From Methanobacterium sp. (GTDB lineage: Archaea > Methanobacteriota > Methanobacteria > Methanobacteriales > Methanobacteriaceae), in assembly GCA_003166335.1 (NCBI GenBank), contig PMWA01000104.1, positions 6,918 through 48,381 of the forward strand: a stretch of DNA of 41,464 nt, given 5' to 3'. The translations under genes were made by a program, and so were the position numbers. Position 1 is the stretch's first letter; each line of letters starts with the position of its first letter. The notes beneath the pieces are model-generated. The model was not told the DNA's origin, did no database searches, and was given only the letters and a program-made list of their open reading frames with translations. Below, in pieces: positions 18,905 through 28,939 of this stretch.

Positions 18905-20989
18905 TTAATCCTCTTTCAATATCAATCTCATATCAACACTTAATGCTCCTTCTCCTTCTTCAAAAACAATTAATGGGTTGATTTCGAACTCGTTAATTTC
19001 AGGGAATTCTGTGACAAGTTGTGAAATTCTTAATATTATTTGTGCAATGGATTCAATATCTTTTGCTTTATTTCCTCTTGTTCCTTTAAGAAGTTCATGA
19101 GTTTTTATTCCAGTTATCATATTATTTGCTTCGATTTCATTTACAGGTGCGATTGCGAATTTAACGTCTTTTAATATTTCAACGTATATACCCCCAAGTC
19201 CGAACATCAGCAGGGGACCGAAAGTAGGATCTTTAACCATTCCTATGATCACTTCCATACCATGAGATAACATTTTTTGTAATTGAACACCCTCAATATC
19301 AGCTTCAGGTTCTTTTTTAGATATGTTCTCCATCATATCTTCATAAGCAGCTTTAACTTCCTCTGCATTATTCAAGTTAAGTTTGATTCCTCCAACATCA
19401 GATTTATGTGAAATTTGTGGTGAAACTATTTTCATAACCAATGGATATCCAATTTCTTCACCAGATTCTATGGTCTCTTCGACAGTTTGAGTAATTGCAG
19501 TACCAACTGTTGGAATTCCATATGCTTTAAGTATATCAAATGATTCAAGACCCAGCGTATAAACACCTTTTTTCTTTGCATCTTCAATTATACGTTTAAC
19601 AATACTTTTATCAACTTCGAATTTAGGTGGCTTAGGATATTCTTGATTTTTAATAATGGTGTAATCGTATAATGCTTTCATACTTTTTACAGCTGCTTTA
19701 GGATACAAATAATTGGGAACATTTTTACTAGCAAGAACTCTTTCAGCTTCGTCACAGCGAGTTCCTCCAAAGAAACTGCATAAAACTGGTTTATCAGAAT
19801 TATTCGCATGTTCGATTGCAACATTAGCAATCCCTTCAGGATCAGTGACGGATTGAGGTGTTACTAAATAGATAACACCATCAACATTAGGATCCTTTAA
19901 AACAATATACAAAGCAACAGTATATCTATAAGGACTTGCATCACCTAATACATCTACAGGATTTTTAACACTGGCAGTTTCAGGTAATACTTCTTTTAAT
20001 CTTTCTTTAGTCTCAGTAGTAAGTTCTGCCATTTCAAGTCCAACTTTTATTGCAGCGTCTGTGGTTAAAATCCCAGGTCCGCCGGCATTTGTGATTATGG
20101 CTATTTTATTACCTTTTGGAAGGGGAAATAATGATAAAGCTCTACTATAATCCATCATTTCCTCAAGATAAGTTGCACGTAGAACTCCGCATTGGGAGAA
20201 AGCGGCATCATATGCAGAATCTGAACCAGCAATGGTGCCCGTATGGGAAGAAACTGCTTCAGATCCTTTAGAAGTTCTTCCAGCTTTTATAAGGACAATA
20301 GGTTTTCTCTGGGATGCTTTTCTACAGACTTCTATAAAACCAGGACCATCAATAATTCCTTCAAGGTATGAAGTTATAACTTCTGTATTTTCATTTTCCA
20401 TGAAGTTTAACATACAATCATTTTCATTAATTCCGGCTTTATTTCCGAGACTGGCGATTCTGGAAAATCCTATATTTCTTTTATCAGCGTAATCAAGAAT
20501 AGCTGCCATGATAGCTCCGGATTGGGTCATGAATGCTATGTTACCTTTATGGGCGATATGTGGGGCAAAAGATGCATTCATGTCATTGTATGTATTCATT
20601 ATTCCCAAGCAGTTAGGACCAACTAAATCAATATCATAATTTTTACATATTTCTACTACTTGATTCTCTAGTTCAGCACCTTCTCCATCAACTTCTTTAA
20701 ATCCAGCTGAGATTATTATAAGATTTTTTATTCCAATTTCTCCACATTCTTCAACTGCTGCTGGAACTAAATGGGCAGGTATGGCTATTACTGCAAGGTC
20801 TACAGGACCGTGTTCTTTTATGGAGGTATAAGCTGGAATTCCATGTATTCTACCACCTTTAGGATTAACCGGGATAATTTCTCCTTTATAATAATTCAAA
20901 AGAGATATCATTAAATCATATCCGATTTTACCTTTAGTCTCTGATCCACCTATTACTGCAATTGATTTTGCATCGAACATATCCACCAT
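18905..20989 (-). CDS. acetate--CoA ligase (ADP-forming), fused alpha/beta (AcdAB type)
   Basis: IAVIGGS, GPNCLG, TQSGA, SLGNKA, phospho-His SHTG, TNAGGPG, NPVD, HKSDVGG, FGLGG, EINP; ATG 20989 behind AGGTGAT. Confidence 0.93.
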   Translation of the reverse strand: MVDMFDAKSIAVIGGSETKGKIGYDLMISLLNYYKGEIIPVNPKGGRIHGIPAYTSIKEHGPVDLAVIAIPAHLVPAAVEECGEIGIKNLIIISAGFKEVDGEGAELENQVVEICKNYDIDLVGPNCLGIMNTYNDMNASFAPHIAHKGNIAFMTQSGAIMAAILDYADKRNIGFSRIASLGNKAGINENDCMLNFMENENTEVITSYLEGIIDGPGFIEVCRKASQRKPIVLIKAGRTSKGSEAVSSHTGTIAGSDSAYDAAFSQCGVLRATYLEEMMDYSRALSLFPLPKGNKIAIITNAGGPGILTTDAAIKVGLEMAELTTETKERLKEVLPETASVKNPVDVLGDASPYRYTVALYIVLKDPNVDGVIYLVTPQSVTDPEGIANVAIEHANNSDKPVLCSFFGGTRCDEAERVLASKNVPNYLYPKAAVKSMKALYDYTIIKNQEYPKPPKFEVDKSIVKRIIEDAKKKGVYTLGLESFDILKAYGIPTVGTAITQTVEETIESGEEIGYPLVMKIVSPQISHKSDVGGIKLNLNNAEEVKAAYEDMMENISKKEPEADIEGVQLQKMLSHGMEVIIGMVKDPTFGPLLMFGLGGIYVEILKDVKFAIAPVNEIEANNMITGIKTHELLKGTRGNKAKDIESIAQIILRISQLVTEFPEINEFEINPLIVFEEGEGALSVDMRLILKED

Positions 20990-21617
20990 GTCTATCACCT
21001 ATTATATTGATTACTTATTTCTTTAGATTTTTTTTTAGATTAGTGTAAAAATCAGTATAAATTACTATGTTTCTCATGTTAAATACTATAAATAATTAAC
21101 TAGTAATGATTAGGAGACTTTCTCTCTGTAATCTACTGAAACAATATTAAAAATTTAATTTTAAAGGAAGTTAATGTGTCTAATGGGCATCTTTACATAA
21201 ATGGATGGAAGAAATTAAATTCGAGAGAATTCTTTTGTTCCTGTAGATTTGATTATTATCAATGATCATATGAGAATTTTTAAAAATCTGTGTATTTAGG
21301 TTAGTAATGGTATATATTGAACAGATATTTTCAATAAATTTCATTTTAATAAGTTTTTGAAAAAAGAATGGTTAGAAAAGATCATGTATCCTAATTAAGT
21401 TTTATGTTATAAAAACCAGAAATACTATTAATAAAAACTTTTTTGGATCCCACGTGTTGATAGGAATTTAAAATTTGAAATACTTTATTAGAATACTAAG
21501 CCATTGATAAACTTATAATGTGCAGAAAATTAGTAAAGTCATCAAATACTGATTTAATCTGTTGAAAGGTATTTTATTAGATTTAAACTGGATATAATGA
21601 TATAAAAATGAGCCAAA

Positions 21618-21716
21618 CTATTTGGCATGGGCATAATGCAGAAGAAGAGGTATAAAGTAATTGCCCATACCCAGAGTTAATGCAGAATGAGTTTTAATTT
21701 TTTTAGGAATTGCCAA
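21618..21716 (-). CDS. possible 32-aa small protein or remnant 5' end of a decayed gene
   Basis: TTG-start MAIPKKIKTHSALTLGMGNYFIPLLLHYAHAK*; GGAGG and TATATA elements upstream. Confidence 0.3.
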   Translation of the reverse strand: MAIPKKIKTHSALTLGMGNYFIPLLLHYAHAK

Positions 21717-21994
21717 AATTAATTAGTCCTCCGTTTATATACTTTTCTTAATTTCAATTGATATATATAAGATTACCTATAAAATATTTGTGATCAAGTC
21801 AAAGTATTCACATCTCTAGTATATTCTTGTTAAAAATTATAAATTAATCAAAAAAAATTATAATACTTGAAAATTCATATATTAATAACGTAAATAATTT
21901 ATAAAATAATATAATTTAATATTTTTTTTGTTTGGAATGTGTAATTAATTTAATACATCTATTTTTTTGGAAACTTATTTTTTAAAGATTAAAT

Positions 21995-23020
21995 ATGTGG
22001 AGGATTTGGACAATTAAACGTTATTATATTCTTTTACTCAGTTTATTATTATTAGTGGCATTAATTCTCTGGATTGGGCCATCAAAAATATTATACACTC
22101 TTAAAACTGCTGACTGGTGGCTTATTTTACTAGCACTCTTAATACATCTTACTGTAATGTTGATAAGATCAATTAGGTGGGGTTTTATCATAAATCAAAC
22201 TACAGAATTTAAGAAAAACTTCATAGTAACGACAATCGGCAGCTTAGCCGCTAACCTTAGTCCGATGAAAACTGCGGGGGAAGTTTTAACAGCCGTAGCC
22301 GGTAAAAACATTAATAAAATAAGTTTATCCGAAGGTTTATCAACAGGTCTAACTACAAGATTTTTTGACTTGGGAATAGTAGCTTTTCTTTTAATAATAC
22401 CTGGTTTATTCATCCCTAAAATACGTTATATTGCAGTAATTGGTGGTTTAATTACGTTAGGTGGGATGATCTTTATTTACTTGATTAACTGGAGAGAAGG
22501 TGCGGGAGTATGGTTATACACTAAAATTCATCCTTTGATAAGTAAATTGCCGATTAAAGAAGAGGTTTTGGATAATCTTTACCAAAAATTTACCACCGGT
22601 CTACAAGGTATGATGGAATATACACGATCATTCACTTGCTTCAAAAATCTGGTATTCGTGCTTATCTTAACATTAGCATCTTGGTTACTGGAATGTGTCC
22701 GACTTTACACCGTAATGTATGCATTCCATGTTGAGATAAGTTTTGCAACTGTAATTATTATATTCTTACTGGCCAGCGTGATTGGAATGCTTACAGCCCT
22801 TCCCGGAGGAATAGGATCCGAAGAAATCACTTCAACGGGTCTATTCGTGCTATTCGGTGTTTCAAGTACTTTGGCTGGAAGTATAGTTTTAGTTGATCGT
22901 TTAATATCTTTCTGGTTGGTAAATGCATTGGGTATAATTTTCTCATCATACTACTCCAAAGATATTTTAGGTGAGCTCAAAAGTTATATTCTAAATCTTC
23001 AATCAAACCCAGAATCATAA
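21995..23020 (+). CDS. UPF0104 / lysylphosphatidylglycerol-synthase-TM (flippase-like) membrane protein
   Basis: RSIRW, ANLSP..AGE, RFFD, LPGGIGSEE, DRLISFW; ~8 TM. Confidence 0.87.
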   Translation: MWRIWTIKRYYILLLSLLLLVALILWIGPSKILYTLKTADWWLILLALLIHLTVMLIRSIRWGFIINQTTEFKKNFIVTTIGSLAANLSPMKTAGEVLTAVAGKNINKISLSEGLSTGLTTRFFDLGIVAFLLIIPGLFIPKIRYIAVIGGLITLGGMIFIYLINWREGAGVWLYTKIHPLISKLPIKEEVLDNLYQKFTTGLQGMMEYTRSFTCFKNLVFVLILTLASWLLECVRLYTVMYAFHVEISFATVIIIFLLASVIGMLTALPGGIGSEEITSTGLFVLFGVSSTLAGSIVLVDRLISFWLVNALGIIFSSYYSKDILGELKSYILNLQSNPES

Positions 23021-23221
23021 AAAAATATTTTTTTTATTTAATTAGAAAGAATTAAATTGCAAAAACATTTCAGATGATTGGAGAGGTTTTATTGATTGAA
23101 TTTAATGTCTAATTGAAGATTATCTATAATATTAATCTACGTTCATTTCTTTTGATTGTAAAATATTCTAGGTATGAGTATAAAAAAAAATTTAAATTAT
23201 TGTAAATTTAAATTTTAAATT

Positions 23222-23784
23222 TTAGATTTCTTTTCCAATTGAAAAAGCTTTCGCTATATAGTCTCCCACCCCATAATAAGACATATTATCTGGACTATAG
23301 ATAAGTGGCATTAATCCATTTATAATGGATTCATCATCTTTGAGTAATTCTTCATCAATTTTTATATCCTTCACTTCGCCGATGAATTGGGTATGCAATC
23401 CTATTTCAAAAGTTTGACGTAATTCACACTCTAATACAAATGGGAATTCACCAACATAGGGTGCATCGACTAGTTCACTTTTGACTGGTGTTAATCCGGC
23501 GGCTGCGAACTTGTCCACATCTTTTCCTGATACCATTCCAAAGTAATCAGCTTCTTTAACGTGTTTTTCAGAAGGAATGCTTATAGTAAAAGCTTTCCTT
23601 TCAAAAATATTTCCATAGGTATAGGTTGCTTCTCTTAAAGAGATAGTTACACATGGTGGTACAGAACAGCAAATTCCTCCCCATGCTGCAGTCATAACAT
23701 TAGGTTTATCTTCTAAATCATATGTTCCTACAACAAATACGGGTGTTGGGTAGACTACAGTTTTGCTCCAATAGATTTTTTCAC
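23222..23784 (-). pseudogene. flavoredoxin / flavin-reductase-like protein with a 1-nt frameshift near the N-terminus
   Basis: AAGGAGG SD and GTG 23784 give MKKSIGAK then stop; adding one A to the A4 run (23761-23764) gives [38 protein letters not shown], 187 aa. Confidence 0.8.
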
Positions 23785-24111
23785 TTTTACTTCCTCCTTA
23801 ATGGATATATATCATTTTATTCTATTAAAACTATAATAATTTTAATTGAAGTATTTGTTTACAATTAAATCTAATTAAATATAATTATGGTGAATTAAAT
23901 CAAATACAGATTTCTTTTTTTTGAAAAGGATAAATTATAAAAAAAATATTTTTCGAAAAGGATAAAAGTGTTTCCATATAATATAATTTCTGTTCTACAT
24001 TAGAATGACGATTTGTGATGGAATGTATAAGAGATTTATCATTAATATAAACTGGATAAAGAGTTTAAAATATAATTTTGGTAATTTGTATTCTAAATTG
24101 GAGTAATTTTG

Positions 24112-24684
24112 ATGGTAGAGTTAATAAAATCGACTGTGAAATGCTATAAAAAGAAAACTAAGAAGATGGTGGGTGGTCGGAAGAAAACCTATCAATATAA
24201 TCAGTATCAAGTTCCTCTTAGCAAGTCTGATAATTTAACATGTAGCGAGGAAGTTTTTGTGATACCTCAAAGTCAATTTGATGGTTTAATTGAGGAGGAA
24301 GTGGAGTCTCAACTGAATGAACTTGAGGAAAATCAACGTGTCGTTACAGAATATGAGAAGGAACTTGCTGAATTGGAGTGGAAGCATAGTGAACTATCAC
24401 GATCCTATAAGGCTATTGTAACTAAGAATGCCAAAACTAACAAGCGCCTGCGGTTGGAGGAGGAAAAAATAACATCCTTAGAAAAAGAGAATCAGAAACT
24501 ATTAAGCCAATTGCAACGGATAAACAATGAATATGCTAATTTAAAGAACGAAAATGAAGCCTTAATTAAGAAACATAATTTAATTGAGGATGAAACAAAT
24601 CTTAAGAAGGATCAGGATTTATGGACGGTTTTAAGGAGTCGTTTAACTAAAAAGGAAATTAAAGATGAAAAATTTGATGATTAA
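24112..24684 (+). CDS. hypothetical protein: basic N-terminal domain plus long coiled coil
   Basis: KCYKKKTKKMVGGRKKTYQYNQYQVPL followed by ~100 aa of heptad-like sequence; GGAG SD. Confidence 0.8.
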   Translation: MVELIKSTVKCYKKKTKKMVGGRKKTYQYNQYQVPLSKSDNLTCSEEVFVIPQSQFDGLIEEEVESQLNELEENQRVVTEYEKELAELEWKHSELSRSYKAIVTKNAKTNKRLRLEEEKITSLEKENQKLLSQLQRINNEYANLKNENEALIKKHNLIEDETNLKKDQDLWTVLRSRLTKKEIKDEKFDD

Positions 24685-24826
24685 ATCTAAATTCAACATC
24701 AATCTCTAAATTTGTAGTTTTTATTAAATTTAATTACTTCTCAAATACTCTCGGAAATATTATTTTTATTTCATAATCGAAAATTATATTTATAGAATTT
24801 TTTTAAAATTGATAGGAAAAATTTTA

Positions 24827-25492
24827 ATGAAAAAATCTAAATCCAAACCACACCCCACCATAACTCAGGTGAAGATCATCCAAAACAAGAATAATTTTCC
24901 TATAAGTTGGCTTAATAAGCAGGGTTTCTGTGAATACGGTATCTACTTAGAAAACGTTAAGGGCATTAAAGCAAAGCATACAGAGGCTATGATTGAGGGA
25001 ACACGCGAACATTCTTTATTAGAATCGAAATTCCGCGAAGAAGCTGAGCCTGCAACTTTCAATGAGATGATGGAAACCAGCCGCACAGCGGAAATTTTAT
25101 CTAGAGAACTACCAGTCATGTCCGTGAAATATGGAATTCGGGGTTTTATAGATGAAGTGTGGATGACTCCAGATGAATTCATAATAATTGATGATAAACC
25201 CGGTAATGTTGCATATTCTTCCAGTATAAACCAAATTTACGGTTACTGTTTAGCATTTAAAGATAATATCAAAGATAAAAGGCGAATTATTGCATCTTTA
25301 CGGGAGAGAGGTACTGATAATATTTATTGGTCATCTTACTTTGATGACAAGGCTGAAAAACATATTTTAAAGAGTATAAAACGTATTCATCAACTTTTAA
25401 ATGGTTTTAGGGAATATATCCCAACAGGAAATCCTAAAAAATGTAGGAAATGTCGATTTAACAGCTTTTGTGATCGGAAAGCTAATTTTTAA
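24827..25492 (+). CDS. stand-alone Cas4-like PD-(D/E)XK nuclease with four Fe-S-type cysteines
   Basis: FCEY, GTREH, RGFIDEV, IIIDDKP, QIYGY, CRKCRFNSFC. Confidence 0.88.
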   Translation: MKKSKSKPHPTITQVKIIQNKNNFPISWLNKQGFCEYGIYLENVKGIKAKHTEAMIEGTREHSLLESKFREEAEPATFNEMMETSRTAEILSRELPVMSVKYGIRGFIDEVWMTPDEFIIIDDKPGNVAYSSSINQIYGYCLAFKDNIKDKRRIIASLRERGTDNIYWSSYFDDKAEKHILKSIKRIHQLLNGFREYIPTGNPKKCRKCRFNSFCDRKANF

Positions 25493-25601
25493 GATAAGCC
25501 GGCTTACTCGATAACTTTAAATATAACTTTCACTCTAAAACAAGAATACCATACCAAATTGAATTATATCGTTGCTTTATTTTAGAATTATAAAACTTTT
25601 T

Positions 25602-25673
25602 AGTCCCGTAGGGTAGTGGTAATCCTTCTGGTCTTTGGAACCGGAGACGGCGGTTCGACTCCGCTCGGGACTA
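25602..25673 (+). tRNA. tRNA-Gln (anticodon TTG), intronless, CCA not encoded
   Basis: Acceptor AGTCCCG/CGGGACT with the archaeal Gln A1-U72 pair; anticodon arm CTGGT-CTTTGGA-ACCGG; T arm GGCGG-TTCGACT-CCGCT; TTTAAATA box at ~25516. Confidence 0.97.
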
Positions 25674-25698
25674 CTCTTTTTAATTTATAGGTAATTCT

Positions 25699-26832
25699 AT
25701 GGAAAACGTGTTAGTGGTAGGAGTTAATACCCGTTCAGTGGCTTGTTCTTTAAAGAAATTGGGTTATAATATTTATTCTGCAGATTATTTTGGTACTTGT
25801 GATCTTCAGGATTGCGTAAGCGAGTATAAATCAATTTTAAAACAGAAGGCTTATCAATCCTGTGGTTATTTATCCGAAAACTTTAATACGGGATGTCTAG
25901 ATGAATTGGCCAAGGATTTCGTAGATTCCGCTGATTTTATAGTGTGTTTGGCAGGTGCTTCTCCTGAAAACTATCCGAAGAAAAAGATTATCGGAAATAA
26001 AAATGTTGAAGATGTTAAAAACAAATATAAACAGTATAAAAAACTTAAAGATGAATTTAAACTTCCAAAAACATTTTATGTGTCTGAAATGGTTGAGGCA
26101 TGTGAAATAATCGATAATTATCCTGATAAAAGATTTATTTTAAAACCTATTCAGGGATCTGGTGGTTATGGTATAAAAAATTGGGAAAAAAAAGATGAAA
26201 ATATTGATCTCAAAGAATTTATACTTCAAGAGTTGATTGAAGGCTTAAATATTAGTGTATCTGTTCTTTCCACGGGTTCGCAATCTCATACTATTCTCAC
26301 GAGCGAACAAATTATTGGGGAAGTTAATTTAGGTCAAAGGGAGGTTTATGGCTACTGTGGTAATATTGCTCCACTTATGGATGATAAAGGGGCTGCAAGG
26401 ATGGGTGAGGCGGTTATAAACTATTTATCACTGGTAGGGTCTAATGGTGTTGATTTGATCCTTAGAAATGATGATTTATTTCTTATTGAAGTTAATCCAC
26501 GCCTTCAGGGTACATTTGAATGTGCTGAGGCGTCTTTAGGGATTAATATGATGAAGGCACATATGGAAGCATGTAATGGAGTTATGATGAATATTCCTAA
26601 GCCTAAAAAATTCGCAGTTAAAATGATTATTCACAACATGCAACGTTCAATAGTAGGTGACCTTAGTTTTAAAGGTGTTTATGATGTTCCCAAAAAAAAT
26701 GTAATTATAGAAAAAGGTGAGCCGGTAGTAACTGTTATAAATTCTAAACGGGTCTTAGAAGATGCAGTTTATTCAGCAGAGAAACAGGTGGATGATGTTT
26801 ATAGTTCTCTTAAAACTTTAGAATATTTTTGA
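25699..26832 (+). CDS. ATP-grasp carboligase of methanogen type (COG2232-like), substrate unknown
   Basis: VVGVNTR..SADYFG..DL, LKPIQGSGG, ILQELIEG, YCGNI, GSNGVD, IEVNPRLQG. Confidence 0.85.
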   Translation: MENVLVVGVNTRSVACSLKKLGYNIYSADYFGTCDLQDCVSEYKSILKQKAYQSCGYLSENFNTGCLDELAKDFVDSADFIVCLAGASPENYPKKKIIGNKNVEDVKNKYKQYKKLKDEFKLPKTFYVSEMVEACEIIDNYPDKRFILKPIQGSGGYGIKNWEKKDENIDLKEFILQELIEGLNISVSVLSTGSQSHTILTSEQIIGEVNLGQREVYGYCGNIAPLMDDKGAARMGEAVINYLSLVGSNGVDLILRNDDLFLIEVNPRLQGTFECAEASLGINMMKAHMEACNGVMMNIPKPKKFAVKMIIHNMQRSIVGDLSFKGVYDVPKKNVIIEKGEPVVTVINSKRVLEDAVYSAEKQVDDVYSSLKTLEYF

Positions 26833-26962
26833 AAAATTTATAATTTTCATTTTCTCAAATTTTCATAATTTTAAACTTTCTTTATATAAATCCTAAAGTT
26901 TAATAAGCTTTTTATTTGAAGTGATAGTATCATAAAATTTTTAAATTTTTTGGAAAGTAGCA

Positions 26963-27130
26963 TTAGATTATTTTAAAGGCTAGAAGAATAAAGAGAATAA
27001 CACCTAAAACTATGAGAAATGTAGTAATAATCATGGCCTGGGCAAGGTAAAGGAAAAGTTTTGCTCTCTTATCCGGGTCGTTCAGTATTTCATCAGGATC
27101 TAAGTCTATGTCGGGTAATTTTATTTTAAT
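26963..27130 (-). CDS. 55-aa single-TM protein with apparent ATT start (not in ORF track)
   Basis: (I/M)KIKLPDIDLDPDEILNDPDKRAKLFLYLAQAMIITTFLIVLGVILFILLAFKII*; GAGGTGA SD 4 nt upstream; in-frame TGA just upstream. Confidence 0.7.
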   Translation of the reverse strand: MKIKLPDIDLDPDEILNDPDKRAKLFLYLAQAMIITTFLIVLGVILFILLAFKII

Positions 27131-27262
27131 ATTTTCACCTCATAAATAGAGTACATGTTAATTTACCTGGAATAAAGTATTTTGGCCTTTTTATATTATA
27201 TTTTTGAATCATTTATCATTCACAAAAAATGTAAATCCATTTAGGTTCAAAATTCAGTTGTT

Positions 27263-27904
27263 TTATAACTTTTTGATTAGGTTAAATGTTAATATTTTCT
27301 CCATTCCGAGACGTATAGCTATTTTATTATATAATATTCTGTATTCATATTTAAATACGATTATGGCACATATCGTTCCTATAATGGCTCCGAAAATCAC
27401 ATCATAAGGATAATGTACACCTATATATATCCTGGAGAATCCTACTAATATTGCGAAGGCTATTAAGGGATATATTAGCCAGCAATTCCATCCTTTAGAT
27501 TTTAAATGATATTTTAATCCTATTATCGTGGCAGCAGTAAATGATGACGCAGTATGTCCGGAAGGGAAAGAATTGCCATTAACAGTCAGTAATAAATTCA
27601 CATTCGGCAAAGTTAAAAATGGTCTTGGTTCAGCTACCAAATATTTTAATGAAATAACTATGATATCTGTTAAAAATAAAGCTATTAAACATAATACTGC
27701 AACTTTTCGACCATAACTACCCCCGAAAATGAATATAAAAATGCATATCAAAATCCAAGCAATCAAACTTCCGAAGTTAGTAATAATGGGCATTACCAAA
27801 TTCAGAATAGGATTATTTATACCATTTATTAAATAAAATAGACTAATATTTCCATTTAATAATTCTGATAAAATTAAATCAATCATATAAATTTTTAACC
27901 TCAA
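27263..27904 (-). CDS. PAP2-family membrane phosphatase
   Basis: K..VAEPRP, SFPSGH, SRIYIGVHYPYD; likely ATG start ~27886. Confidence 0.93.
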   Translation of the reverse strand: MRLKIYMIDLILSELLNGNISLFYLINGINNPILNLVMPIITNFGSLIAWILICIFIFIFGGSYGRKVAVLCLIALFLTDIIVISLKYLVAEPRPFLTLPNVNLLLTVNGNSFPSGHTASSFTAATIIGLKYHLKSKGWNCWLIYPLIAFAILVGFSRIYIGVHYPYDVIFGAIIGTICAIIVFKYEYRILYNKIAIRLGMEKILTFNLIKKL

Positions 27905-27971
27905 ATTACGAAAACTATTATTTATATTATAATTTTAAAGATTATACCCTTAATCTTGAGGAAAATTTAAT

Positions 27972-28385
27972 TCATCTCACGAGGAAAATGTATTGAGTAG
28001 TAGTAGGTAGTTCTTTTCTTAATATCCTCATTTCTAGTCGGTAAATATATTTTTCGCTTCTGCAGTCTTTCAAGTCTAAAATATGGCATACTACTTTTAA
28101 TTCTAGTTTTCCAGATATTCGGGTTCCAGAAGTTTGTGATTCGATTTCTAAATAAATTGGAAGCTTTAAAAGGTGTTGTTCTTCTGTCGGGATTATTTCA
28201 GCTATTTTTTTAATTTCAGAGGTTTTAAAACGATGTCTAGTACCATCAACCCCCATTACATGGGGTTTATTTTCCTCTAAAAGCTCTTTAAGATTTTTTC
28301 TTTGACGGGGAAGATGCCGGTTCAGACTCAAAATCTGTTTCTTTAAAAGGCGATCGGCCTGGTTGGAATGATTAGTCATAAACAT
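27972..28385 (-). CDS. DUF61 (UPF0216) family protein
   Basis: LNRHLP..RK.LKELL.E.KP..DGTRH, LKLPIYLE, LRKELPTTTQYIF. Confidence 0.85.
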   Translation of the reverse strand: MFMTNHSNQADRLLKKQILSLNRHLPRQRKNLKELLEENKPHVMGVDGTRHRFKTSEIKKIAEIIPTEEQHLLKLPIYLEIESQTSGTRISGKLELKVVCHILDLKDCRSEKYIYRLEMRILRKELPTTTQYIFLVR

Positions 28386-28541
28386 TCTTTTAAATACTTA
28401 CCTATTAATTTGAGTTTATTATGTGAACAATCAAACAGTTCAGGAATTTATTCATGTTATAATTGAAATTAATATATAAAAAAAATAAATTAAGAGGGAT
28501 TTTTTTTTAATAAAAAATTTTTTGGATTAAAACTGAAAAAA

Positions 28542-28937
28542 TTACTTATAATCTTTATGGATGAGATCTACAGGCAGAAGAATCAAAACACCCAGTAAAT
28601 CATCTACTTTTATTTCACAATTTACCGCAGCAGCAAACATTGCATGATCTGCACTTCTTTCCATACTAATGGGGAGAGAAGTTGGTTCACCAACTGCCAT
28701 AGCATGACCATACTTATTTGAACCGTAGGCGCTTAAGAAACAGATTTTATTAGAGTGCATTTTAATCTCTTTGATTTTAATAGATTTAATATCTCCTTTC
28801 TCGAATTCCATATCTTCAGCAGCTATTATGGCTCTTAATTGTCCTGAAATGGTTCCAATACTGAAATCTAGACTTGGCTTAGCATGTTCGGCCATTTCTC
28901 TTCTCACTTGATCATATTTTGTTATTATTCTAACCAT
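28542..28937 (-). CDS. DUF22-family protein
   Basis: LRAIIAAED..KGDIKSIKIKEI..YGHAMAVGE..DDLLGVL; begins 2 nt after the atpD stop. Confidence 0.7.
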   Translation of the reverse strand: MVRIITKYDQVRREMAEHAKPSLDFSIGTISGQLRAIIAAEDMEFEKGDIKSIKIKEIKMHSNKICFLSAYGSNKYGHAMAVGEPTSLPISMERSADHAMFAAAVNCEIKVDDLLGVLILLPVDLIHKDYK

Positions 28938-28939
28938 TG

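Noticed and set aside
25602..25673. tRNA-Gln as an integration site for an island
   Set aside because: No duplicated tRNA 3' end and no integrase seen; flanking genes look like core genome.
23800..25700. CRISPR array or cas operon around the Cas4-like gene
   Set aside because: No regularly spaced repeats and no other cas genes seen in the window.
1997..27716. Other short track ORFs (e.g. 1997, 4989, 5388, 6012, 6266, 6677, 7533, 8798, 9290, 12272, 15658, 17276, 17816, 20232, 22195, 24943, 27204, 27528)
   Set aside because: They lie opposite stronger genes or pseudogenes and show no independent coding evidence.
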